The notes beneath the pieces were generated by a model that was not told where the DNA came from, made no database searches, and was given only the letters and a program-made list of their open reading frames with translations. Shown piece after piece: positions 50,761-62,506 of a stretch of DNA of 64,000 nucleotides. A program made the position numbers and the translations under genes. Each line of letters opens with the position of its first letter. Position 1 is the stretch's first letter. Origin of the DNA: Oopsacas minuta (taxonomy: Eukaryota > Animalia > Porifera); the NCBI GenBank assembly GCA_024704765.1, contig JAKMXF010000316.1, positions 124,001-188,000 on the forward strand. Direction: 5' to 3'.

Positions 50761-53409
50761 TAGACTGAACATGACTAGTACTTTCATCAATGACTCTGTA
50801 AATACTTTTTGAATAGTATCTGTTTTACCATACTGTTAATTAAATTGTCAAGTAAGCGCAGATTCCCTCCATCCACAAATTCTACGGATGGGAAACCAAT
50901 TATTCCTATCCCAGGAGAATCTCGAGGTGGGGGCCCCATCCCAGGATTGCCAGTTGGGCGCCTATGCCTAGATTTATCATCTCCCACACACATGTCTAAA
51001 TTCAAGTTTCTAGCTCTTATCAGTTCCTCAATCAATTCCGAACAAACAAATAACCATCAACACATTATATACCTGATTTTCACCATTATTTCATATAATT
51101 ACTTAACAACTTGTATACGATTACAAGTGACGAAGTTTTCCCCCCACAAACATAGTTACAGGTTGAATATATTTGGGTATAGAATATTTTCTCCATCCTA
51201 ATTAACCTGTAACAGAGGCAAAATCTAATAGGGCAAGATTATCCCAAATGATAAACCCTGGAATCTGGCTGGCCAGGATCCTTTTGCATCATATCTCAAA
51301 GAGGTGCGAATACTTTGCAATTCTGATGACATCTTTGTTATGTCTGTAAACATTGCGAGCTATATAATATTAATTATCTTTGACAATGCATTTACATCAT
51401 CTCCCGTGTTCCTTATAATATTATGAGCAAGCTTCACTTGTGACATGAGGCAATCGCAACGATATGTTCAGAAAAGTTCAATTGTCTTTCTAAAGTTTCG
51501 ATATTGGTATTTCTTACGTACGTGTTAATTCATTGACATTCTATTACATATTAGAAATAATGCCAAATAGATGTTCAGCGCCTGGGTGCAGGAGTAATTA
51601 CTCTGGAGAGACACTTACACCCTTATTGAATATTCCGAAAGGACCACCTCAACTTGTTACCGAATGGAGATGATTTCTTTACCGAGCAAACATTAGGAAA
51701 CCTTGAAAATATACGTGTGTGCCTGAAAAACTTCCATGAGGAAGATCTGGAAACGTACTTTTCTATTTCTCAACTCAATTCGAACCAAGTTAGAGGTTCA
51801 GCGCACCATATCTAGACTTCACCGAGATCCTACCATGTTGTCTCAGTTATCTCTCTATTTTAACTAAGCCCGAAACTAGTTTGGTTTTTCTACTAAATAA
51901 TGAGATCAGTTGTATGTTCCGATCACTCAAAGCTTGAAATAATAACTAATTGATGAAAAGAAGTTTAACACATCTACATTCTGTAAGTTGAACTCTAAGT
52001 TGGATAATTTAACTCTCCCAGTGGAGTAGTTACTATGGTCTCATGGAATGAACCAACTGCACATTAACAAGCCATTCCCGTTTCGATAAGGATGATTTAC
52101 GACCTTAGGGATATTGAAAATTTAAGTATAGTGCTGTCTTGCTAAAGTACCAATAATCATGAGACGTATGGCTATTGTTAACAACATATAAATCATGCGA
52201 CCAAACTGTTGCGTCTAGTAGTTGGTCAAATCTAAAATCAGAGGAAAGGTGTTTATATGGGAGATAACAAGTTAACTGTAATACAATTTAGGCATTGTCA
52301 ATTGGAAAACGTCTTATGTCATAAACCATCATAGCTACAGTACTGCAACTATCATAGTAGCGCTGAAGTGTCAACTTATTCCCCAGCGCTGTCAATGTCT
52401 ACAATCACTAGACTCTTTCTCCCTCCCTCACCATTCAACACTTAAGCGTGTATAATCAAAAATTGGCTAGGATAGTGAATCTCCATCTCAATTTATCCAA
52501 TGGGAAAAATGTCATAATTCAAATGGACGAAATTTATATCTAATCAGAATTAACTTATAAAAGAGGAAATGTATTTGGACCATCTTTAAATACTATTAAA
52601 CTTGTAAACACAATCTTTTCTTTTATGGTTTTCAGTTTACCTAAGAAGTGGTACACAATTGTTCGTATATTACCTTGTTCCAGCTCATCAGCCGAAGTCT
52701 TGTCCCACATAATAAAAATGTTTATTGACGTTGTGGTTTAAATGTTCAAATATTATGCACAGGTTGCTATCCGATTAATTTGAATATCTTCAAATTGTTC
52801 TCACCAACTAACACTTGAGATTACATTGTGTCATATATTTTAGATGCTGATTGACCGTTATTCTTGATGTTCGATTTGTACCTATTCTGAAGACTATACT
52901 TAATAAATGAATTACAGCAGAAGCCTTAGTTACCCAAACTTGAAGATTTTTTCCACCATCTATGCTGCTTAATTTGAAGACATCCTAATTTATTTTACTG
53001 ATTACCACTCAATCTCTAAATTGGCTCCTCGGTTAAAAGCCAAATCATACTTGGAACGTCAGGATCTTAATTTGTCAATTGTAGTTTTCGATGATTTTTT
53101 GCATTTCCTAACAAAGCGATTTCATTCATGGGATAATTGATATCTCGAAGATGTTGAATGTCAATACTCCATCCAAAGCGATTCGATAATATGATGAATT
53201 CTGTCACCCATTTATCCAAAACGATTCCAGATTCAGTTATCTATCATGAGTGGTTGATTGGCTTGAAAAATGGCAATAGTTTCCTCGCAAGACTGTAATT
53301 AATGTTTCAAATTCAACTCAAAAGGCACTTGTGTTTATTACTTGATATACAGTTTATAGTTACTTCAAGAATTCTGCCTGTTGCCAAAATTGCTTATGGT
53401 TCCTTATAG

Positions 53410-54024
53410 CAGCGTTTCTTAACCTTTTGATACCTCAACGCCCCTTGTAGTCAGTCTTAACAAATCAGCAGCCCTTATATGGAACTACAAGCATTACAGT
53501 GCCCCTTTGCAACAAGGATGAAATAAGACAAGTAATGCACTGTTTCATAATTGATTATATCTACTTAGATTACTCCATAAAAATCATCACTCCACTTGCG
53601 TATTTTTGACATTTTAGAATTTACTGATACCTAAATCACAAAAATACTTATATGGAATCCAGTTCCATGGAACTGAACCGGTTTTATTTTACGCACAGTT
53701 TATTTTTCTGCTTGTGGGTCCGTTTAAAATACCGATTTCCTTAAATGGAGTTTCAGTTCAATGGAACTTGATCCATACCAGTATATTTATTCCCTATCAC
53801 AAACCTGTGACAGAAAAGAACTCAAATAAGTAACACAGAAAGGAATATAAGTTAAATATAACTAATTTATAGCCATACATTACTATATTTAGTAAAGACA
53901 GCTAAATGTTTCGATATTTATCCTGAAGCATCTGCCAGCCTGAAATGCTATCTAGAATCTAAACAAAAACATCGTACTGCACATAGTTGAATGCTTGTCT
54001 AGCACCCTAGGTTAAGAAACGCTG
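53410..54024. mobile_element. Non-autonomous hAT (Charlie-type) element, 615 bp
   Basis: 16-bp TIR CAGCGTTTCTTAACCT and a perfect 8-bp TSD CCTTATAG at 53402-09 and 54025-32. Confidence 0.93.
53651..53777. mobile_element. Small inverted-repeat MITE nested in the hAT MITE
   Basis: TATGGAATCCAGTTCCATGGAACTGAA versus right rc TATGGATCAAGTTCCATTGAACTGAA. Confidence 0.65.
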
Positions 54025-54967
54025 CCTTATAGTAAACAAATAGATGGAAATATAAGCATCACCAGAATCACTCTACAAGCTGGTACAATTTATGGATCGT
54101 AGTGCAATGAAATGGATGTCCAAGTTTGCATGCTGAAAATTTTCACTTCGATCGAACAACAGCATTAACTATTTCAAGAACTTATTAAAGGACCATCTAG
54201 AGAAATTTTAGCTAACCTAACATTAAGTATACTTGAAGATGAAGGATGTGAATACTAGAGGAATCAGTGCCCCCATTCTAATACTATTGGTTGGTAAACA
54301 TTTAATACGGTACTCACTAATGGCGCCAAGTGTTTTCTCTCAAACCAAGTCAAAACTTGATTGGTTTACATGACCTTGAGGTTGGGAATACTCGCAAATT
54401 GAAGAAGTTTAATAATTATTGCTAGAATTCCATTTTCTTTACTAATTACTATTACTACTTTCATATCATTATGATGCATGTTAAATTGGCATAGTATTCA
54501 TAGTATTCATAGTATTCCTATTACGCTGTACGTACTTCTAACTTGAATAAGATATGAAAATATACAATCATCAAAATATGTACCTAGCTACATGTATGTA
54601 CATTTAATTAAAATGGACTTCCTTTATCCATAGTCCAGAAGATTTAGTTGGTGAATAGGTCTTATTTAACGTAGGTCACGGGTGTGCAATTGAATATTCT
54701 CGATAATATCAAATTCGTACATTTAGGCTCAAGTAAATGTATTATTGATAGGAAATATTAAACATAGGTCATGTCATACAAGTATTCCCGTTTCAAAATT
54801 ACGTCATCTGTTTGACTATAACGGCATTATGTAGCAAAAGATCTCCCCATTTTAACGCTCTGATAAACGATCACAGGTGCGTCTTTGGTTTCAGGATTAA
54901 TATCAAGTGTTCTATGGATGAGACATAAAGTATTTATGTTGTCACGTTATTAAATTAAACTAGATAC

Positions 54968-55311
54968 CATGGATGGCACATTTTTGGCAAACACCCACAT
55001 CTAACTCTATTGTCATGAGAGTTTTAGTCAAATCAGTCCAGCCAACATGTGCTGCATACCCAAATTTCCAATACCATTTTAATAATATAGATGATACGAT
55101 TTCCCCTAAGGATTATTATGTAATCCTGTTAATCACCAAATATGTACATATTCATGATTGCGTCAAACTAGTTAGAGATATTGTATCCAAATGTATTGCA
55201 AAGATTTGGGAAGTTAGGTAAGTAGTACATTCTGGCATTACAAAATTTGACTAAAACTCCCTTGGCAATCGAGGTATAAGTGGATATTTGCCAAAGAATG
55301 TGCCATCCATG
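54968..55311. mobile_element. MITE with TIRs of about 31 bp, superfamily unclear
   Basis: CATGGATGGCACATTTTTGGCAAACACCCAC versus rc CATGGATGGCACATTCTTTGGCAAATATCCAC. No matching TSD seen. Confidence 0.7.
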
Positions 55312-55340
55312 TTATTTAGTGTGACTCAATTAGATGACAA

Positions 55341-55417
55341 AGGAATAATATCAAGTGCCTTGAGGATTTGCCATGTCAATACCATGACAAATCCTCAGAT
55401 CACTTGATGTTACTCCT
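55341..55417. repeat. 77-nt near-perfect palindrome (hairpin)
   Basis: Arms of 35 bp with 6 mismatches around a 7-nt loop (TCAATAC). Confidence 0.8.
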
Positions 55418-55570
55418 GAAATCAAAGACACACTAATGATCATTTAATTTGGATCCTATGAATTCTGTTGTCTATAAAAAGGACGACAAAAGTAAATAGA
55501 ATTTATGTAATCCATGTATGGTATAGAAATATAGTCAGTGAACATACTATAGGTACGTAGGTTGTGATAT

Positions 55571-55680
55571 TGTATATATATTTCATGTACAGAATTGATA
55601 AAAGAAACTGGAAGACCCCAAGGGATGATTTTTTGGGGTAGCATGGGCCGACCTCGGACAAGTTCGAGTCTTGGACTGAT
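55571..55680 (+). repeat. Helitron-N-like dispersed repeat (copy 4, internal part)
   Basis: TGTACAGAATTGATAAAAGAAACTGGAAGACC...CTCGGACAAGTTCGAGTCTTGGAC aligns with 4320-4420. Confidence 0.55.
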
Positions 55681-57322
55681 ATGTAAACTTATATCGAAAT
55701 GATGACGTGATTGTTACATTTAGGGTACCCGAAAAATCACAATATCATCCACTCCTCAGCCAATATATACTCCCTGGTTTGAAGTACAGGAACACTACAC
55801 TTATGACGCAAGTGTTACACTGCGATAAAGTGTTGAATATTCCTTCGATATAGCAGAAACCTAACAGTCGCCTTTTCTCATTATTTATTATTTAATTTTA
55901 TTCAAAATGTCTGTAATTACATTCAGTTTATGATACGAAAGTGGCAAGTATGTTTGTGCCAAGTCTCAATTAATAGTTTCATTACATTTGCCCTGGGAAT
56001 GTACGTGTTAGATGGTTGAGATTTAAATTACAGGTACCCATCGATGGGTTGAATATCCTGGCACCATGCATGACTTTCACCAAATGCTGATTCATAGTGA
56101 AAGTATTTGGTCCTCAGGACTCTGCAAAGGATCAAAATTTCCATATTTACTATAGCTGTGAGAAATTTATTATACTCGAGATATCAAGTGCCCAGATTAC
56201 TAATCAAAAGCCACTTAGCAGCTCTTGTATTGACAGAAGGGCATTTAAAAGGATTTCCATGGACTGTATTTATTTAAATTGAATTACTCCAAAATTTACA
56301 CTATACACGTGGTGCTGTATTCTGAATGTTATACAGAAATTTATTGTGAATATTTGTTAACTAATAAAATAGACATCATTTTATCCATGGTCCAGAACAA
56401 TTGAAACTAATAGTAGCGCAATAGGCGATTTCCTACTCATAAATAATATCGTATTATTGTTAATATACCTAACTCCATCGGTTAATAAGTTAATTGGCAA
56501 ATTTTGGGATGACCTTATATTGTAGGGTATTTAATAACTTTTTCAACTTTGGAGTTATGCAAATACGCCATGGGCGGATTTATTCCATTATTCTCTATCA
56601 TCTAAATTCTTCAAATATGACTAGAGTTGGTAATACGTTTATAGTACATAACTACCCGTATTGTACTAGGCACAGCTATGATATAATACAGTGGCTCTAC
56701 ACGAAATCAATTCCATCCATGGTTTTATATGAATTTTAGCCAATTATGAGTCATTAATGACGAAAGTCCTACATATATTCAATTTCCAAAGAATTCCTTC
56801 CATTTGTACACAAAATATGTTATGTTAGATCAATTTAGGCTTATATTTTACTTTGATGTAAGAATGTCACGTTTGTGTATATGTTCCAGTGGCTCACACT
56901 GCTCCACATCCTGCAACTAATATGCGTGAGCCAATCAAAAGTTTCATACGAATGTAACGTTCAAATATATCAAGTATATCGTATTATACTTTTACTACTT
57001 AGTATACTTTATCCACTTGTTATACTATTTAATAACATTATGTCTCCTCTTTGTGAGTGATTACTTTTGGTAATGATTAATTAGTAGTTCATGTTACTAT
57101 ATTCAAGATATTTCACAGATCACCGTCGGAAGAAGTGTCGCTGGGGCTAAACTTTTGATGAAAACCTGGTATTTTCAGCTATAATTCAACTTAGCCGTTC
57201 GCTTTTATTTCTATGCTAGCAACAATGCAATTAATATTACAATTAATTGTGGTAATTTTCCACCGACTAAATTTAGAAACTATATTGTTCTCTCTGACCT
57301 TCATTAATATTCACTTTTGTAG

Positions 57323-58149
57323 ATACGTTGGACGCTCTGAAACTTGATGTTGACTTTTACTCTCAGGGTATCCGAGGTTCAATGATATTAGAGCTTAGCA
57401 GAATCTCTCGTGATAATCATATTGTGCATAAGGATATCGCTTCTTACAGCAACGAAACTCTATACCTACAATGTGTTACATCAATTTTCCATGGAAATGT
57501 ACCTGTTTCCCTTCAACATTCCATCGAATTTGCGGCCCTCCAATACCAAGTATATTATTTGTTTAGGGTGTCTAATGTTGAATCTTCTTATTGTACCCCG
57601 ATGGAGTTCATATCTACTGAGTATAAACAAATTCGTGGAATATCCAAGCAAATCCTCCAAGAACATGATAACCTAAAGACATATACAGTATCTATGACTA
57701 TGGATGCATTAATCCACAAGTATATGAATCTTCCGCAAAGTCAGTATTTATTCTTCAATGTTAGATCAATTACGAAAACTGCAATGAAAATCCCAAAAAT
57801 GATACCTACATATTTTGGTTTATCTCTTAATGGAATTGTCTATGTTCACCCGATTACTAAACGTATATTGAATACATTGGAGTTCAATTCTCTAAAACGT
57901 TGGAAATATACAAATGATGCCTTCATCTACCATATTGGTTTGAATGATCAGGTTACAGCATTGAAAACAAGTCAAGGGAATTGTATTTCCGTAATTGTAT
58001 CGCGCTATATTCAGCGAATAATGGACAATAATCTACGACATAAATCTTCCTCAACTGTAAATTTTGCACAGGAAAATCTAGGAAATTTTAACCCAAAAAT
58101 TGATAGGTTAGTGCTTGAGATGAATGATATCTATGATACAATATACTAA
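57323..58149 (+). CDS. Terminal exon encoding a talin-like FERM F2-F3 region
   Basis: Acceptor ttcacttttgtAG at 57321-22 (phase 1), open to TAA. LYLQCVTSIFHGNVPVSLQHSIEFAALQYQ, FISTEY, FGLSLNGIVYVHPITKRIL, LKRW and TSQGNCISVIVSRYIQRI parallel talin LYVQARDDILNGSHPVS...ACEFAGFQCQ, FLPKEY, LGIT, IKRW and TTEGEQIAQLIAGYIDII. Confidence 0.85.
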
Positions 58150-58966
58150 TTATTATGATCCAATGATGTAAAAAATATATTCGTGATGTCAACTAATTTT
58201 ATTGTGTTAATGGTATATTTATTCAGAGGGTTTAACTTCAGATGATCATTATTGCACTACTTTTTCATATAATATTTTGAATACCTGTGATATATATTCA
58301 TCAAAATTGTAATTGATATACCTTCATATCAAGATTCAGTCTTTAATTCGTACATTTTATCTATTGTTTCGAATTGCTTTGTCCATAATTCTTCGGTAAG
58401 TAATTTAGCGAATAATGCTTTTTAAACCTGATAGGCGAAATATCTCAAGGGCAGGAATATGTTCACTCACTTTTTCAGACTTAAAGTTCAAGACACCAAA
58501 TTTGGCATTTAAACTCTTAGTGACATTTAGTTGTACAGCTGACATTTAACATATTTTATGTATATATTTTCAGACCTTTTGGTTATTAAAAAGGAACTTT
58601 TTTAGGTAAATTCCAAATTAGGCATTTGGATATTTTGTATCTGTATCGTATATGTCTATCTATCAGATAAATTTGTATTGAATATTCATAACACCCATAA
58701 TATACATATTGTCATTGTAGCACAAGTACATTTTGATACATTGTGCATACAAATGGTGATATTGAAAATGACTAGTTGATCCTGACGTCATCCTTGAATA
58801 GCGCCTCAACCTCAATTCAGTGAATCTCATAAATCATACCAACGGATTACCATGATCTAGTTTGCACCCTTTTTTCAGTCAAATTCATAACTTCTTTAAG
58901 TGTAGCTTATCTTACAGTCAAAATATGATACTGGCTTTTATTTTGTATTTGTTGGTCAGTTGCTTT

Positions 58967-61882
58967 CAGTGATGGATCCAGCACAAAATATCTAGGGGGT
59001 GCAATGCCCAGCGGCGAGACAAGCAAGCCGAATATGAGCCGGGGTTATTTAACTATCAATTAATCAACTAAGCATTTATTGTAAATTAATAGATAATTTA
59101 TAATTATAGAGGCACCCTTCTTTCTATCAGATTGAAGATGTCTATTATGCTATTCATGTTGAGAGCTTTGGTCAATTCTTTTCAGAATCTAGGAGGCAGA
59201 GGTCTGATAAACGTGTGTCTTCAAGACGGTTTCTTTGTGGGGTTTTCACCCGTTTCATCGTTGAGAAACTTCTCTCTGCTTCTGCTGATGATACAGGCAG
59301 CTTCTCTTTAAATTAAAGAGTTTCATCAGATTGGGATAGAAAGCCGGATCCATGGTACTATACCTGATCCAGAATTAGCAAATATGTGATACTTTGCTAA
59401 TTCTGCATTAAGTAACGTCTCATTAACGTCTAATACGTCACCATAATGAGCAATTAATTTGTTAAGTGTTTTTCTTTTTAAGTACTTTTATGAAGTGCTA
59501 TTCAGGCCATCTAGGCCTTTGAGCAGCTCCATACCAGTGTCAGGAAATCGTAATTCTAATTCAGCTAAGACTTTGTGGCAAACCTTTGTTGAAAATGATT
59601 GTATATGGCTCAAGTAATCAACATGTTCTGTTGAATTTCTTGTCATGTTAACTGGTGAGGTCACATTTAGGGGATACAGCAATCAGTACTGATTTCTTCT
59701 GCTTGTTCCAACATTTCAGCAACAGACATTTCGTTTCCGAACTGACTAATCATTGACTTACAGGCTCTAATATCGTGTACAACGTGATGCCACTCAATTA
59801 ATGCTCCCTGTAAATATTCACTCAGGCTGTGAATAGTTGCAAGGGCTTTCCTCAGAACGACGCAATTAATTATGAACTCACCACATGCCATCTTGTGGTA
59901 AAGACCGCCAGCAGTTAGTGCTGCGTTGTCGTCATCCCCTGCCCTTTACATAAGAGTGAGCATGATCGGTTTAAAGCGAGAGCATATAACATCTAGTACG
60001 TGGAACATGGATGACCACCTTGTTTCTGATCGTAATGGAATCTTTAGCACCCTGATCTTGAGTGTCTTTTGCTCGGCTTCAAAACTGTCATTCGTTTTAG
60101 CTGAATTGAATAGCGAGTGGAGTTTGTCCACTATATTGATCATAGCTGGACACAAATTTTTGAGAGCCTTTACTAAAACCAAATTAAGCCTATGTGCAGC
60201 ACAGTGCACGTAGATAAGTCATGGATGTTCTTCCTTAAGTAGTGCTTGCACTCCAGTCAATTTACCGGACATAACAGAAGCACCATCAGCTGCTAATCCC
60301 ACTAGTGTACACCCAAAACCAGACAGCTATTGAATAAGAACTTTAGCTTCACGGACTATAGCACATGCATCAAATAGACCCTCTGAAAGACGTATGAGCC
60401 CCATTAATCTTTCAGCTGGAACAGATCCTGAGCGATATCTTACACATAAATAAAGCTACTCATAGCCGCTGACATCCTTAGCTTAGTCCAACACTAATGT
60501 GTAGAACTTTGTTTGAGCAATCTCTCTTGCAATAATTTTCCTAATCTCGCCAGCCATGATTGAGATAAATTCTTCGTAGACCGTCTTACTGAGGTAATCT
60601 GTGTAAATTGAGTACTGCTCCATAATAGACTTCTTCTGTGCTAGGAATTCGGGATGCAGCTCGAATTCTAATTCAAGAAGTTCTCTGAAGTTTCCTCTAC
60701 AGACTGATCCGGCATCGTGTTCCTCCTCACCCCGAAAAGCGACTTCCTGAAGACAAAACCACCTGATATAGCTGACAAGTGTACCGAAATAAATTCTATT
60801 TTGCTCAACCTGCATGCGACGATTAGGATTAAGTCTTTCCTGGATCTCGACAGGGTTATATTTATAGTTTTCCCATTTCATAATAGCTATAATGTGGGAT
60901 TCACACCTAGCATGCTTGTCTAGCCCCTTTTTTTTGTCTCCAACTGCAACTTGCCAATTATGAAATCCCGTTTTTGTAAACCTGTCCTGTAACTTTGTGA
61001 TGCTGAAGTATATACATGGAAAACAAAATGTTTTGTCTTGCGATTCGCTGTAAGTGATCCAGGGGTGTTTACTATACCACGATGCCTGGAATCGGTTTGT
61101 TATTCGTTTGTTACAATCAGGTTTAGCAAGGAAGAGGGTTAGTGGTTGGGCAGGTCCATCTTTCTTACAACCAATGTCTTGAGGCAGAGACCAGCCGGTG
61201 TTTATATCTAGAAAATTTAGTACGTAATTTTAGCTCTGCGTTTGAAAACATAAAACCTACCCTGTATCATCCCAGCAGTGCTGTTAATCTCAAGCACACT
61301 GTTATCTACTGCCTGTTGTTCAGTATGCATGTAGCATGGATATTCGTCTTCGCAACCATCTGGTCTGTTGTTGTCTCGTTTGGATTGAAAATAATCCAGT
61401 GTAAGTTGGTTTCCACTTGTCGTTTCATATAAGTACTTAACAGGTTGACTTGCAAGATATTTAATATTAGGCTATAAAGTTAATAACTATATTTATATAA
61501 TTATGTTAAGTACAGTGTGTGGGGTCAATTCTGACCAACAGCGTGCATAGGTAAGGGTCTCAAAACCATTGAATATATACTGGGCAGTGGCCGATCCAGA
61601 GGGTAAAGGGGTTTCAATTGAAAACCCCTTTGCAGGCGGGCTAAGTGAAACCCTTAACAAAATCCTAAATCCGTCTCTGGTGACCGAATACTTCGGTAGC
61701 GTATCGAGGATTATCATGAGGGGGCTAAGGTAAACTATAAGAGGTGCCCGAAGGGGTGCATAAAGAGGACACAAACTGTCGTAAGCCGCGCAGTACAACT
61801 AGGCAAAGTTCGTTTGCTATCATCAATCGCTAAGCTTAGGGAATGCTTGAGCACCCTGAGCACCACGCTGGATACGTCTATG
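58967..61882 (-). mobile_element. hAT element (ZMYM1-like), near full length, disrupted
   Basis: TTF finger RFQASWYSKHPWITYS...FCFPC, then QEVAFRGEE, GNFRELL, HCAAHRLNL, ETRWSS and LPVSSAEAERSFSTMKRVK. Ends CAGTGATGGATCCAG and rc CATAGACGTATCCAG are imperfect, and the TSD is not matched. Confidence 0.85.
61585..61679. mobile_element. Tiny hAT-type MITE with an internal palindrome
   Basis: Ends CAGTGGCCGATCCAG and rc CAGAGACGGATTTAG; internal AAAGGGGTTTCAATTGAAAACCCCTTT. Confidence 0.45.
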
Positions 61883-62506
61883 TACTCATAGTAGGCCCAG
61901 TACTAAAATGATTGCTTTTATGGGTTTATTTACTGTGCCGACTGGCAAGTCTGCCAACTACAGTCGCGGTAAAATGTTTAAGGCCACCTCAGATATTTAT
62001 TATTGTTTATTTACTAAATATTCAATTAGAACCCATAATGAAGGTCATTGTATGTAAGTCTTGAAATCTGTTGTACAAACAGGGCTAATGTTGTGGTTGC
62101 ATGAGACATAAAATTTGTTGTTTGCTTTTCTACTCGATCTCGAGGTTTCCCAAAGCTTATCGTGACAAAAGGTGTTTCGTGATAGACTCAACCCGATGGA
62201 TTTACGTACACAACGAGACTAAAATAATAGTGAATGATCAAAAGTTAATTAAGTCTGCTCCAAACTATGCTTAACGTTTGCTTAGATTAATAATTTATTT
62301 ATGGGGAATGAAACCAAACGACCGAATGTCCGAGTAGAAATTATTGGACCACGTATGGTCTGGTGAGACGCCCATAGGGGAGGGTTAGCGTTCGCAAGTT
62401 GTGCAGTCGAGCGAGCTCAATGGCTCATATCTTATATTTTGTCTCAAAAAGTTTCTTTACATACGAAAGGGCTACTCAATTATCAAATCTCATTGCTCAA
62501 TAATTA

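Larger units (their letters stand above)
51560..54340 (+). mobile_element. Decayed P-element (THAP9-like) transposon
   Basis: THAP start MPNRCSAPGCRSNY...P...W...VC at 51560. Core motifs VIIQMDEIYI, TIFSFMV, PLFLMFD...LKTI, plus a C-terminal Y..CCQNCL. Many stops. TIRs not located. Confidence 0.8.

Noticed and set aside
12186-50790. Many short ORFs in the supplied track (e.g. 12186-12479, 14169-14459, 16450-16764, 35459-35719, 46741-47133, 50482-50790)
   Set aside because: They are antisense or off-frame shadows of transposase or RepHel coding sequence.
54490-54517. (CATAGTATT)x3 tandem repeat, and the (GT)n tract near 14680
   Set aside because: Ordinary short slippage repeats.
58959-61890. 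TSD confirmation of the 59-62 kb hAT boundaries
   Set aside because: The 8-bp flanks differ (GTTGCTTT versus TACTCATA), so the ends are reported as tentative.
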